64,000 bases of DNA from SAR86 cluster bacterium AG-422-O05 (GCA_003213495.1 QCMW01000001.1:710104-774103); one strand, 5' to 3'. Positions 9,038 to 18,984 are shown, counted from the first letter of the stretch. Notes: generated from the letters alone by a model not told the origin. Made by a program: numbers and translations.

Positions 9038-10108
9038 ATGAATTTAATAAAAATGAAAGGTTTTAAGAGTTTTTGGGCTTTGCTCCTATCTTTCATATTT
9101 GCAACCACAAATGTATATGCTGTGGAAACACAATATGAAATGGAAGAAAGATTAAGCAAAATGAACGTTTCTGAGTTAGTTGCTCAGGCAAAAGAATTAA
9201 AGCAAGAAGCTTTGATGTTGGAAAATATGCAAGAATCTTCTCAAAGTCCTGATAAAATTAAAGAAGCGTCTGAAAGACTTTCATCAATTGGGGCAGAGAT
9301 GAGTATGATAAATACTCTTTTAATTGCTCTTGGAGCTGGTGCTTTAATTGCTAGCATAAGTGATGATGATGATGATGACGACGACATGTCTACTGTTACT
9401 CCTCCTGCTGACACATTGGCACCAATAATAAGTGTATTGGGTGACAACCCTGCATTTGCTGAGTTTGGATCTACATATGTTGATGCTGGAGCTACTGCGA
9501 GAGATCAAGGTCAAGCAATAACAGTTACTTCTTCTGGGACGGTTGATACTTCCGTAGAAGGAACTTATACGATTTCATACAGTGCTACTGATGCTGCAGG
9601 CAATACAGGTACTGCTACCAGAACAGTAAATGTTGCTGATACCACTGTTCCTGTGTTTACATCCTCTTCAACTTTTGTTGTTGACGAAGGTGCTACAGAG
9701 GTTGGTACTATTACTGCTACTGATTTACAAGCAGTTACATTTTCAATTACGGGAACAACTTTGTTGACGATTACTCCTGCAGGTGTTTTATCTTTCATTT
9801 CACCTGCTGACTATGAGAGTCAAGTAGATAATCCTGTTACTCTTCCTTATGATGGAAGTACCTATGATGTTACTGCCACAGTAATTGCTACTGACGTTAG
9901 TTCAAATTCAGCAGTTCAACTTGTTACTGTTAGTATTAGAGATGTTGGTGGTCTTGATGATAATCCTGATACCGGTACTGGAACTAATACAGACACACGT
10001 ACAGAAGGATCAGATACCGATACAAATACAAATACAAATACTGGAACAGGAACTGGAACAGGAACTGGAACTGGAACTGGAACCAGCACTGGCACCTCAT
10101 CTGGTTAA
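9038..10108 (+). CDS. Secreted/surface protein with a D8 tract, an Ig-like (DUF5011-like) domain, a cadherin-like domain and a Thr/Gly/Asn-rich tail
   Basis: Preferred start is the ATG at 9038 (GAGGAA 5 nt upstream), not 8993. Signal peptide MNLIKMKGFKSFWALLLSFIFATTNVYA. Domain order: helical region, hydrophobic segment, DDDDDDDD, then G..Y.D.GA.A.D......V...G.VD....GTY.I.Y.A.D..GN......R.V.V.D, then a cadherin-like ...V.EG...VG.I.A.D...V.F.I.G...L.I...G.L.F....DYE block. Confidence 0.65.
   Translation: MNLIKMKGFKSFWALLLSFIFATTNVYAVETQYEMEERLSKMNVSELVAQAKELKQEALMLENMQESSQSPDKIKEASERLSSIGAEMSMINTLLIALGAGALIASISDDDDDDDDMSTVTPPADTLAPIISVLGDNPAFAEFGSTYVDAGATARDQGQAITVTSSGTVDTSVEGTYTISYSATDAAGNTGTATRTVNVADTTVPVFTSSSTFVVDEGATEVGTITATDLQAVTFSITGTTLLTITPAGVLSFISPADYESQVDNPVTLPYDGSTYDVTATVIATDVSSNSAVQLVTVSIRDVGGLDDNPDTGTGTNTDTRTEGSDTDTNTNTNTGTGTGTGTGTGTGTSTGTSSG
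10022..10084 (+). repeat. In-frame hexanucleotide microsatellites (ACAAAT)x3 then (GGAACW)x7 inside the surface-protein gene
   Basis: Counted directly: ACAAAT x3 at 10022-10039 and GGAACA/GGAACT/GGAACC x7 at 10043-10084. They encode TNTNTN and TGTGTGTGTGTGTG. Confidence 0.95.
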
Positions 10109-10117
10109 CTACTTTTA

Positions 10118-10393
10118 ATGAGCCTTGGTAAGAGAGATATTGTAAAAAATATCTCTGCCGAGGCGCATCTAACAAACCTTATAAGTAGTGAAATACTAAA
10201 TTGTTTTATTAGTCTTATTAAATCAAATTCTGTAAATAGGACTATTAAAATATCAAACTTCGGAAGCTTTTATTATAAAAAAACTCCCAAAAGAGTTGGC
10301 CGTAATCCAAAAACAAAAGAAACATTCCCAATCCATGCAAGATCAAAACTCACTTTTCTCAGTTCTAATAAAGTAAAGAATCTCTTTAATTAA
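10118..10393 (+). CDS. ihfA: HU/IHF-family DNA-binding protein (IHF-alpha-like by its position downstream of pheT)
   Basis: 91 aa. (I/V)K(I/L)S.FG.F.........GRNPKT.E...I.AR....F......K matches the IHF/HU beta-arm. ihfA follows pheT in Gammaproteobacteria. The symbol is tentative. Confidence 0.7.
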   Translation: MSLGKRDIVKNISAEAHLTNLISSEILNCFISLIKSNSVNRTIKISNFGSFYYKKTPKRVGRNPKTKETFPIHARSKLTFLSSNKVKNLFN

Positions 10394-10395
10394 AA

Positions 10396-10472
10396 TGGTC
10401 GGGATGGCCGGATTTGAACCGACGACCACTACACCCCCAGTGTAGTGCGCTACCAGACTGCGCTACATCCCG
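10396..10472 (-). tRNA. tRNA-Pro (anticodon GGG)
   Basis: The reverse complement is CGGGAUGUAGCGCAGUCUGGUAGCGCACUACACUGGGGGUGUAGUGGUCGUCGGUUCAAAUCCGGCCAUCCCGACCA. It folds by hand into a cloverleaf: 7-bp acceptor, GCGC D-stem, CUACA/UGUAG anticodon stem with loop CUGGGGG, GUCGG/CCGGC T-stem with UUCAAAU, and an encoded CCA. Confidence 0.92.
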
Positions 10473-10522
10473 AAAATAATATATAATACACCCTTCATCT
10501 TAGAAAAATTACAAAAATAAAA

Positions 10523-12316
10523 TTGAAATTACAAAACAAACTTAGTTCAATAGTATTATTTATTTTTATGTCTAATATTATTGCTGACTATGAGGTTGCA
10601 ACTAATTCAGGTATTGTTCAAGGATATAAAAAAAATAATATTGTTTACTGGGATGATATTCCTTATGCAAAACCACCAATAAATGAACTCAGGTGGAAAG
10701 CTCCTAGACAAATAAATCAACCTAAGAAATTAATATTACCAAGGGATGATAATTTTTGTGTTCAAAGACCGTCCTCACTTGGCGGAGCTAGCGGAGATGG
10801 AATGTATGTTGGTACAGAAGATTGCTTATATTTAGATGTAGTTGCTCCAGCAAATAAAAATTCAGTATTAAAACCTGTTATGTTTTGGATTCATGGGGGA
10901 GGAAATACATCAGGACTAAAAGATTTATATGATTTTAGCAAGATGGCAAAGAAACATGAAGTGCTAATAGTAAGAGTTAATTACAGATTAGGTCCTTTTG
11001 GATGGTTTACTCATCCATCTATACAAGAATTACAAGAAGGTTTAGATAAGTCATCTAATTATGGAACGCTCGATATTATAGAAGCTTTGAGGTGGGTAAA
11101 AGAAAATATTCATTTATTTGGAGGTGATCCAAATAATGTTACTATTTTTGGAGAATCTGCTGGAGGCCATAATGTTTATTCTTTAATCGCATCGAGTGAG
11201 GCAAGAGGTCTTTTTCATAAAGCAATCTCTATGTCTGGATATACAACATCTGTAAGTCCTAAGGATGCATACAAACCAAGTAAACAATCTTTTACTTATA
11301 ATCATTCTAGTTTTAATGTTGTTAACAAAATATTAGAAAGTCAGATTAAATCTAACCCTTCTAAAAAATTCTCTAATGAGGAAATAAGAGACATATTATT
11401 AAATCTTTCCACTGAGGATTTTTTTCAACAATATTCAGATAGGAAATCATATGAAGAAATTCCACTATTAACTGCAGATGACATTGTTATACCTAGTGTA
11501 GGACTTAAGGGCGCGCTTAGTGATCCAACACTTATAAATATCGTGCCAACAATAGCCGGTTCTAATCGTGATGAGGTTAAACTTTGGCTTGGAACTGCAG
11601 AATATTTTGTAGAATTAGATTATTCTTTTTTTGGATCGATGCTTAATATTCCTAAAGTAGTTCTAAAAAATGAGGATTCATTTGAAGCTTTTAATTATTA
11701 TAGAAGTTCAGCATGGAAGATTCGAGGAGTTGATATTCCAATAAACGCTTTACGTGAAGCTGGAAATAAAAATTTATATTCTTATAGATATGATTGGGAT
11801 GATCATAGAAAATATCTCGTAGCCGATTTTAAAAAACTCATTGGGGCAGCTCATGCTACAGAAATACCGATACTAGCTGGAAATTCTTTGCTGGTAGGTG
11901 GGTATCCTCTATCTGATTTAATTTATCCTCCTGGTAAGTCTAAATTTTATTTGTCTCGTAATATGATGATTTTTTGGACTCAATTTGCAAAGTCCGGAAC
12001 ACCAGGCGAATCAACAAATTCAATTGAATGGAAAAAAAATATGTTATCTCAAGAAGCTAATTCAGCATATTTAATTTTAGATAATAAAAAAAACTTAAGA
12101 ATGGAGCTTGATAATAATACTCTTAAATCTTTGTCTGAAGAGCTTTATTATGATGATCGATTAACTGAAATTGAAAAATGTGTTGTTTTACTTCAAATGT
12201 TTACATTTGTTGGAAATGATGAATACGATGATCATATTAAATATTATCAGGGAACTTGCAATAGAACTAAATCAGAAGAATTTATAAAAGCTAATGCCAG
12301 CTATATAGAATATTAA
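10523..12316 (+). CDS. Carboxylesterase type B family (secreted alpha/beta hydrolase)
   Basis: Motifs EDCLYL(D/N)V, (W)IHGGG and the nucleophile elbow FGESAGG. Signal-like N-terminus. The start as drawn is a TTG. Confidence 0.8.
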   Translation: MKLQNKLSSIVLFIFMSNIIADYEVATNSGIVQGYKKNNIVYWDDIPYAKPPINELRWKAPRQINQPKKLILPRDDNFCVQRPSSLGGASGDGMYVGTEDCLYLDVVAPANKNSVLKPVMFWIHGGGNTSGLKDLYDFSKMAKKHEVLIVRVNYRLGPFGWFTHPSIQELQEGLDKSSNYGTLDIIEALRWVKENIHLFGGDPNNVTIFGESAGGHNVYSLIASSEARGLFHKAISMSGYTTSVSPKDAYKPSKQSFTYNHSSFNVVNKILESQIKSNPSKKFSNEEIRDILLNLSTEDFFQQYSDRKSYEEIPLLTADDIVIPSVGLKGALSDPTLINIVPTIAGSNRDEVKLWLGTAEYFVELDYSFFGSMLNIPKVVLKNEDSFEAFNYYRSSAWKIRGVDIPINALREAGNKNLYSYRYDWDDHRKYLVADFKKLIGAAHATEIPILAGNSLLVGGYPLSDLIYPPGKSKFYLSRNMMIFWTQFAKSGTPGESTNSIEWKKNMLSQEANSAYLILDNKKNLRMELDNNTLKSLSEELYYDDRLTEIEKCVVLLQMFTFVGNDEYDDHIKYYQGTCNRTKSEEFIKANASYIEY

Positions 12317-12744
12317 TTTCTAAAAAAATTTTTTAATTTTAAAACTTCAATATCTTTTATTTTTATTAAATTTGCCATTCTTCTGATTAACTTTTCTTCA
12401 TCAACATCTAACTTATTATCAGCATAGGCCATTTTCCACATAAAATACAAAAGATCTAGTTTTTCCTGTTTAGAATAACTCTCATTAATATCCTCGACAA
12501 ATTCATGAAAAGAAACACTGTCTTTACTATAAACTTCAATTATGTTTAAGATTTCTTTTTCACTTTTACCAACTTTTTTAGCAATTTTTTGGATTTCGCT
12601 CATTAATACAGATAATTCATCTTCAGTTATTTCACCATCAGATCTTGCAAGCTCATATGCTAGAACAGATGCTGTAAGTTCAATTTCGAAATTAGGTTTT
12701 TCTTTTTCAGAAACCTTTTTTTCCTTTTTAAAAAAATTAAACAT
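12313..12744 (-). CDS. TerB-like (tellurite-resistance TerB / DjlA-N-like) domain protein
   Basis: 143 aa. Two acidic helical repeats (A..LA.(S)DGEI.E.E...L; M(A)YADN.LD.(D)E..LIRR.A..I) are typical of the TerB fold family. Confidence 0.55.
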   Translation of the reverse strand: MFNFFKKEKKVSEKEKPNFEIELTASVLAYELARSDGEITEDELSVLMSEIQKIAKKVGKSEKEILNIIEVYSKDSVSFHEFVEDINESYSKQEKLDLLYFMWKMAYADNKLDVDEEKLIRRMANLIKIKDIEVLKLKNFFRN

Positions 12745-13816
12745 TACTTATTTTTTGAAAATTTTTGTTTTTATAAGTATAGGTAAATATAAAATAACCT
12801 GCACTATAGATTAAAAACAGTAACATTGAAATCCATGGTGCAAAATTATTTTGTAAAAAAATTCCAAGAAAACCTGTAATCATAGAAATTATAAGAATAA
12901 TAATAAAAGTAAATTCAGGGGAAAACTTATACATTAATTTGTGGTGTATGTGATCTCTTCCTGCAGATGCAAAACTAATGCCTTTTTTGATTCTAGAAAA
13001 TATAAGACCAACACAATCAAGAAGTGGGATCGCAACAAACCAAATAACGGTTATTGGATTCATATCGTAATAACTATTTTGAGAAGCATAAACCGCTGAC
13101 CAAGCCACCCAGAAACCAATTAAATTTGAGCCACTATCTCCAAGAAAGACAACTCGCTTCCTCCCAAAAAATCTTAAATTAAATATTAGGAATCCAATCA
13201 TTGATCCAATTACTAAAACTAACATTGAGTCATAAATTAAACCTGAATAAAATCCTATAAAAAGAAGTGACAGCATAGCACAGCCGGAACATAGACCATT
13301 TATACCATCAATCATGTTGAAGGCATTCATAATGCCAACAACACAAAATACAGTAAAAGGAATGCTGAACATGCCGAGTTTAATCTCTCCAAGTCCAAAC
13401 AAATCTCCTAAGGATTCTAAATATACATCAGTAGTGTAGATCATATATATCGCTAAGAGACATTGAATGATTATTCTTAGTGATGGCCTTAATCCTCTAT
13501 TTTTTCCCTTAAGATAGTCGTCAATTAAGAATAATCCAAGCAAAGGAATAGATATCATTAAGAGCTGAAATGTAAAATCTGGTACGTATCCATTAAGATC
13601 ATTCAGATCAATATATAATTTACCAGATATTAATAAAGCTAATAGTATACTTATTCCACCTGTTAATGGTGTTGCTCTTTTATGAAATTTTCTATTTCTG
13701 TTGGGCAAATCAACAAGCAAATTATATTTTTGAGCGAAGTTTACTAGAAGAGAATTTATAGCTATGGAAGCAATAATGCTTATAATTATATAATCAAGTA
13801 TTATTGTTAGTTCCAT
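12737..13816 (-). CDS. Glycosyltransferase family 4 polyprenyl-phosphate HexNAc-1-phosphate transferase (WecA/MraY-like)
   Basis: About 10 TM segments. Motifs (N)AFNMIDGINGL and FLGD(S)GS, plus P.RNRK.H...TP..GG near the N-terminus. Confidence 0.8.
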   Translation of the reverse strand: MELTIILDYIIISIIASIAINSLLVNFAQKYNLLVDLPNRNRKFHKRATPLTGGISILLALLISGKLYIDLNDLNGYVPDFTFQLLMISIPLLGLFLIDDYLKGKNRGLRPSLRIIIQCLLAIYMIYTTDVYLESLGDLFGLGEIKLGMFSIPFTVFCVVGIMNAFNMIDGINGLCSGCAMLSLLFIGFYSGLIYDSMLVLVIGSMIGFLIFNLRFFGRKRVVFLGDSGSNLIGFWVAWSAVYASQNSYYDMNPITVIWFVAIPLLDCVGLIFSRIKKGISFASAGRDHIHHKLMYKFSPEFTFIIILIISMITGFLGIFLQNNFAPWISMLLFLIYSAGYFIFTYTYKNKNFQKISNV

Positions 13817-13835
13817 ATTATTTTTTTAAAGATTT

Positions 13836-14987
13836 ATGCTTAAATTATATTTAGAATCTAAGTTAATAAAATATATATTCATTATATATTTTATATTCTT
13901 TTTTTCATTCTTTATTAGTGCCAAAACAGATCAAAACATAGAAAAACTGAAAGTACCTGTTGGCTTTAAGATTTCGCTATATGCAGATGAAGTAATATCA
14001 CCAAGACAAATTACTGAAACTAATAGTGGATTCATTGTAGTTGGCTCTAAAAGTGGAGATAAAATTCTTGCCCTTTCTGATAAAGATCAAGATGGATATG
14101 CCGAAGAAAAAATTACAATCGCTTCAGGTCTTAAAAATCCTACAGGAGTTACCTATCATAATAAAAATTTATATTTTGCCGAAATTGAGGAAGTATGGAT
14201 GATTAAAAATATAGATGCATGGCTTTTATCAAATAGACAAGTCCCTCCAGTAGTAGAACTTTTTATGGACAATCTTCCTTCTGAGACTTGGCATGGATTT
14301 AGACATATAAGATTTGGACCAGATGATAATATGTATATACCAATCGGTGTTCCATGTAATATATGCATCGAGCCTCAAACAAAAGATAAAAGATTTGCCG
14401 CAATTCATAAATATGATAATGGTGAATTAGTAATGGTTGCAGATGGTGTGAGAAATTCTGTTGGTATAGATTGGCATCCGGCCACAAAAAAATTATATTT
14501 TTCTGACAATGGAAGAGATTGGTTAGGAGACGATTCTCCTTCATGCGAGTTAAATGTGATTCACAAAGAGGGTAGCTTTTATGGCTTCCCTTATAAGCAT
14601 GCTAAGAATGTTATTGATCCAGAATATGGAAAACTAATTCCAACCATGGGGAGAGATTTTGTAGATCCAATCGCTGAATTAGGTCCTCATGTAGCACCTC
14701 TTGGTATTGAGTTTTATGATGGTACTAAATTTCCAAGTGAATATCATAATAACTTATTCATTGCACTGCATGGATCATGGAATAAATATAATGGTAAATC
14801 TGGTTATAAAGTAGTGATGATTAGACTTGATGAGGAAGGAAATTATATTTCTCAAGAAGATTTCATAACAGGCTGGCTTGAAAATGAAATTGCATGGGGA
14901 AGACCGGTACAGCCATTTGTAATGAGCGATGGCTCAATGCTGATTTCTGATGATAAATATAATGCAATTTATAGAGTAACTTATTAA
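13836..14987 (+). CDS. PQQ-dependent sugar (glucose/sorbosone) dehydrogenase-like beta-propeller protein
   Basis: Signal peptide. Pattern of R......(F)GPD...Y...G.......; (G)(V)RN..G..WHP......F.DNG.D..GDD.P..E.N; HGSWN, typical of soluble sorbosone/aldose dehydrogenases. Confidence 0.6.
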   Translation: MLKLYLESKLIKYIFIIYFIFFFSFFISAKTDQNIEKLKVPVGFKISLYADEVISPRQITETNSGFIVVGSKSGDKILALSDKDQDGYAEEKITIASGLKNPTGVTYHNKNLYFAEIEEVWMIKNIDAWLLSNRQVPPVVELFMDNLPSETWHGFRHIRFGPDDNMYIPIGVPCNICIEPQTKDKRFAAIHKYDNGELVMVADGVRNSVGIDWHPATKKLYFSDNGRDWLGDDSPSCELNVIHKEGSFYGFPYKHAKNVIDPEYGKLIPTMGRDFVDPIAELGPHVAPLGIEFYDGTKFPSEYHNNLFIALHGSWNKYNGKSGYKVVMIRLDEEGNYISQEDFITGWLENEIAWGRPVQPFVMSDGSMLISDDKYNAIYRVTY

Positions 14988-15003
14988 ATCTATAACAAAT
15001 TAA

Positions 15004-15753
15004 ATGAATATAATAAATTTTGATAAAGAAAAAGAAATCGCAATTAAAGCTGCAAAATTGGCTGGCAAGCTTCTTAAAGAAGATAAAAATGTTCTAAATT
15101 TAAAGATTAATAGTAATCCTAGAGACACTAAATTGAAAGCTGATATAAAATCAGAAAAACTAATATTAGATATATTAAACTCAGAATCTAGTTATCCAGT
15201 TCTTGCTGAAGAAACTGGAAAAACATCGGATGATCTTGGAGATATTTTTTGGGTTGTTGATCCTTTGGATGGAACAGCAAATTATAATCGTAATATTCCA
15301 ATCTGTTGTGTATCAATTGGCCTTGTAAAGAATATGAAACCCTTGATTGGTGTTATTTTTGATTTTAATAATGACGATATATTTGTTGGTGACAATATCA
15401 ACAATCTTGCTAGATTAAATAATAAAGATATAAAGGTATCAGATATCCAAAAAAAAACTGATGGTGTTTTAATCACAGGCCTTCCATTTAATACTGATTA
15501 TTCTGAAAGTGCTTTAAAAAAGTTAATTTCAGATATGCAAATATGGAAAAAAGTTAGAATGATTGGCTCTGCTGCAATGGCTTCATGTTATGTTGCATCT
15601 GGTAAAGCCGAATTATATCAAGAAAAAGGTATCTATCTTTGGGATATAATAGCTGGAGCAGCAATTGTAGAATCTGCTGGTGGAAAAGCAGAAATACATA
15701 ATATGAATGAAACTTTTCAAGTTGATGTCATATTTTCAAATTCAAAAATATAA
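15004..15753 (+). CDS. Inositol monophosphatase family protein
   Basis: Motifs AEE(T)G and WVVDPLDGT.NY, plus the C-terminal W(D)..AG..I(V)..AGG. Confidence 0.8.
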   Translation: MNIINFDKEKEIAIKAAKLAGKLLKEDKNVLNLKINSNPRDTKLKADIKSEKLILDILNSESSYPVLAEETGKTSDDLGDIFWVVDPLDGTANYNRNIPICCVSIGLVKNMKPLIGVIFDFNNDDIFVGDNINNLARLNNKDIKVSDIQKKTDGVLITGLPFNTDYSESALKKLISDMQIWKKVRMIGSAAMASCYVASGKAELYQEKGIYLWDIIAGAAIVESAGGKAEIHNMNETFQVDVIFSNSKI

Positions 15754-15759
15754 ATTTTT

Positions 15760-17169
15760 ATGAAAAGTTTAGTTTGGTTAAGAAATGATTTACGTATGGA
15801 TGATAATCCTGCTTTAAAGCATGCGTGTTTAAATTCAGATGAGGTTCACTGTTTATATCTTTATCAGCCAGATCAAATGAAATTACATAATGTGGCAAGT
15901 TGTAAAATAGAATTTATTATTGAAAACTTAAAAGATCTTGAATCTAGTCTCAGTAAGATTAACGTTCCATTAACTGTCATAACATCGAAATGCTTCGATG
16001 ATTGTCCTGATCTAATAATTGATGTTATTAATAAAAGATCAATTAAAAAAGTATATTGGAATAATCAATTTGGTTTTGATGAACAAAGAAGGGACTTAGC
16101 AGTAAAAGATGTCCTCGATAAGAACAACATTTACAATGAATCATTTGATGACCAAGTCATTTATCCGCCAGGAACAATTAAAACAATGGAGGGCAAGCCG
16201 TATTCAGTTTTTACACCCTTTAAAAGAAGATGGATTGAAAAATTTAATATGGATTTTTTGGATATTGAATTTAAATATACTGTAAAAAAAGAATCAAATA
16301 TTAAATCTAATCTTAACAATATCTCTTTTGAAAAGGATCATTCTGTTGATATGTCTATTTGGCCTGCTGGTGAAGAAACAGCATTATTAAAATTAACTGA
16401 TTATTTAAATAACAAAGTTATTAGATATGCTAAAGACAGAAATGATCCTATTTTAGAGGGCACTAGTAGAATTTCTCCATATCTTGCTTCTGGAGTCATT
16501 TCATCTCGGCGATGTATATTAGAAGCGTTAAAAAGAAATGATTTTAAATTAGACTCTGGCGAAAAGGGCGTTGTTAAATGGATTGATGAAATTGTTTGGA
16601 GAGAATTTTATAAAAATATAATGTTTTCTTTTCCAAAGGTAAGCAAGGGAAACCCATTTCAAGATTATACAAAAAACATAAATTGGCGTTTTAATGAAGA
16701 TGAATTTGAAGCTTGGAAAAATGGTAAAACTGGATTTCCGATTATTGATTCTGCCATGAGACAGCTTAAACATGAAGGATGGATGCACAATAGATTGAGA
16801 ATGGTTGTTGCTATGTTTTTTACCAAAAATATGCTGCATGATTGGAGATTGGGTGAAGCCTTTTTTATGCAAAATTTAATTGATGGAGATTTTTCATCCA
16901 ATAATGGTGGATGGCAGTGGAGTAGTTCTACTGGTACTGATGCTGCACCATACTTTAGAATATTTAATCCAATAACTCAGTCTAAGAATTTTGATTCAGA
17001 TGGCTTATTTATAAAAAAGCATATATCTGAGTTAAGAGATTTAGACAAAAAAGAGATACATGATCCTTCTTCAAAAATAAGACAGTATTGTAAATATCCA
17101 TCTGCAATTTTAGACCTAAAATCTTCAAGATTAAGAGCAATTGATGCTTTTAGTGAAGCAAAAAATTAA
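15760..17169 (+). CDS. phrB: Deoxyribodipyrimidine photolyase (class I CPD photolyase/cryptochrome family)
   Basis: WLR.DLR..DN.AL; SR(I)SPYLA.G.IS.R; WREFY; TG.P..D(S)AMRQL...GWMHNR.RM.VA.F; DGD...NNGGWQW. Confidence 0.88.
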   Translation: MKSLVWLRNDLRMDDNPALKHACLNSDEVHCLYLYQPDQMKLHNVASCKIEFIIENLKDLESSLSKINVPLTVITSKCFDDCPDLIIDVINKRSIKKVYWNNQFGFDEQRRDLAVKDVLDKNNIYNESFDDQVIYPPGTIKTMEGKPYSVFTPFKRRWIEKFNMDFLDIEFKYTVKKESNIKSNLNNISFEKDHSVDMSIWPAGEETALLKLTDYLNNKVIRYAKDRNDPILEGTSRISPYLASGVISSRRCILEALKRNDFKLDSGEKGVVKWIDEIVWREFYKNIMFSFPKVSKGNPFQDYTKNINWRFNEDEFEAWKNGKTGFPIIDSAMRQLKHEGWMHNRLRMVVAMFFTKNMLHDWRLGEAFFMQNLIDGDFSSNNGGWQWSSSTGTDAAPYFRIFNPITQSKNFDSDGLFIKKHISELRDLDKKEIHDPSSKIRQYCKYPSAILDLKSSRLRAIDAFSEAKN

Positions 17170-17240
17170 ATTTTTTTTGTAGTTAAGCAGATTGCTCTTA
17201 GGTATACTGAAAAATCATTTTATAGGGATTTGGAGGAAAT

Positions 17241-18920
17241 ATGAGTGATTATTCAACTGATTTAGAAATAGCTAACGCTGCTCATAAAAAACCTATTGAA
17301 GAAATAGCAGATTTATTAGATATTGATTCTGATGATCTAATAAGATATGGAAATGATAAGGCTAAATTATCTACCAAGATAGTTAATTCTTTATCAAAAA
17401 AGAAAAATGGCAAGTTAATCTTAGTAACTGCCATATCTCCGACGCCTGCTGGAGAGGGTAAAACAACCACTAGCGTGGGTTTAGTAGATGGCCTATGTCA
17501 AATTGGAAAAAAAGCAATGATATGCCTTAGGGAGCCAAGCCTCGGACCATGTTTTGGTATGAAAGGCGGTGCTGCGGGTGGTGGTCATGCTCAGGTGATA
17601 CCTATGACCGATATTAATCTTCACTTCACTGGTGATTTTCATGCTATAGGAGCAGCTCATAATCTTTTATCTGCATTAATTGATAACCATATTCATTGGG
17701 AAAATAAATTAAATATTGATCCTCGACGCATAACTTGGAAAAGAGTTGTTGACATGAATGATCGATCTTTAAGAGATATTACAAGTGGTTTGGGAGGAAT
17801 TGGAAATGGTATTCCCAGACAAAGTGGTTTTGATATCACTGTTGCATCTGAAATAATGGCTGTATTTTGTCTTGCTTCAGATATCGATGATCTTCAGAAA
17901 AGAATTGGAAATATTGTTATTGGGTATACCAGAGACAGAGAACCTGTAAGAGCTAAGCAATTAAATGCAGATGGAGCTATCACCGCATTATTAAAAGATG
18001 CATTTCAGCCTAATTTAGTTCAAACACTCGAGAATAATCCTGCATTTATGCATGGAGGTCCTTTTGCAAATATTGCACATGGGTGCAACTCAGTTATTTC
18101 AACAAAAACTGCTCTAAAACTTGCAGATTATGTTGTTACTGAAGCTGGATTTGGTGCAGACTTAGGAGCAGAAAAGTTTTTTGACATTAAGTGTAGAAAA
18201 TCTGGATTAGAACCAGATGTAGTTGTTTTAGTTGCGACAACAAAGGCCCTTAAAATGCATGGCGGTGTTAAAAAAGAGGACTTAACTGAAGAAAATGTTG
18301 GTGCAGTTTCTAAAGGGTGCCAAAATCTTGAAAGGCATATCAAAAACATTGAGAAATTTGGTGTTCCTGTAGTGGTTGCAATTAATGATTACGTTACTGA
18401 CACAGAAAAAGAACATAGTGCAATAATAAATTATTGTAAAAATCTTGGTATTCAATGCACTGTATCGTCTCACTGGGAAAAAGGAGGCCAAGGTGCGGCT
18501 GAATTAGCAACTGAGGTTGCAAAGGTAGCAGATTCAAATTCAGCAGAATTCAAAACACTTTATGATGATGAATTATCTTTATGGGAAAAAACCAAATTAA
18601 TTGCGCAAAGCATATATGGAGCATCTGATATCATTGCTGATAAGAAAGTAAGAAATCAATTTAAAAAATTGGAAGATGATGGCTTTGGAGAATATCCAAT
18701 TTGTATGGCAAAAACACAGTATAGCTTTTCTACAGATCCTTTATTAATGGGAGCTCCTTCTGGACATGATGTGCCAATTAGAGAAGTAAGGCTCTCAGCT
18801 GGAGCAGAATTTGTTGTTGTAGTTTGTGGAGAAATTATGACAATGCCTGGTTTGCCTAGAGTACCGGCAGCTGAAGCTATTGGCTTGGATGAAAATAATG
18901 AAATAACTGGGCTTTTCTAA
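17241..18920 (+). CDS. fhs: Formate--tetrahydrofolate ligase
   Basis: 559 aa. The [12 protein letters not shown]-loop, [10 protein letters not shown], and a C-terminus ending in ...GLF are typical of FTHFS. Confidence 0.92.
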   Translation: MSDYSTDLEIANAAHKKPIEEIADLLDIDSDDLIRYGNDKAKLSTKIVNSLSKKKNGKLILVTAISPTPAGEGKTTTSVGLVDGLCQIGKKAMICLREPSLGPCFGMKGGAAGGGHAQVIPMTDINLHFTGDFHAIGAAHNLLSALIDNHIHWENKLNIDPRRITWKRVVDMNDRSLRDITSGLGGIGNGIPRQSGFDITVASEIMAVFCLASDIDDLQKRIGNIVIGYTRDREPVRAKQLNADGAITALLKDAFQPNLVQTLENNPAFMHGGPFANIAHGCNSVISTKTALKLADYVVTEAGFGADLGAEKFFDIKCRKSGLEPDVVVLVATTKALKMHGGVKKEDLTEENVGAVSKGCQNLERHIKNIEKFGVPVVVAINDYVTDTEKEHSAIINYCKNLGIQCTVSSHWEKGGQGAAELATEVAKVADSNSAEFKTLYDDELSLWEKTKLIAQSIYGASDIIADKKVRNQFKKLEDDGFGEYPICMAKTQYSFSTDPLLMGAPSGHDVPIREVRLSAGAEFVVVVCGEIMTMPGLPRVPAAEAIGLDENNEITGLF

Positions 18921-18984
18921 TTAAATCTTTCTAGTTCATTTAAAAGTATTTAGTTATAATTTGTTTCGAGTTTTGGAGAAGAAT

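Noticed and set aside
10022-10084. The regular short repeats, considered as a possible CRISPR array or phase-variation switch.
   Set aside because: The units are 6 nt, contiguous and in-frame inside a coding sequence, so this is a microsatellite. There are no spacers, and slippage cannot shift the frame.
10396-10472. tRNA-Pro as the attachment site for the pheT-ihfA insertion.
   Set aside because: I found no second copy of the tRNA 3' segment (…GATTTGAACCGACG… / TGGTCGGGATGG) in 5030-10395 and no integrase. The tRNA is separated from the inserted genes by the ihfA-like gene.
17170-17240. A ZTP (pfl) riboswitch upstream of fhs, a common location for that element.
   Set aside because: The leader is only about 70 nt and lacks the GC-rich pseudoknot core (…GGGUCGUGACUGGCG… / CCGCCUGGGC).
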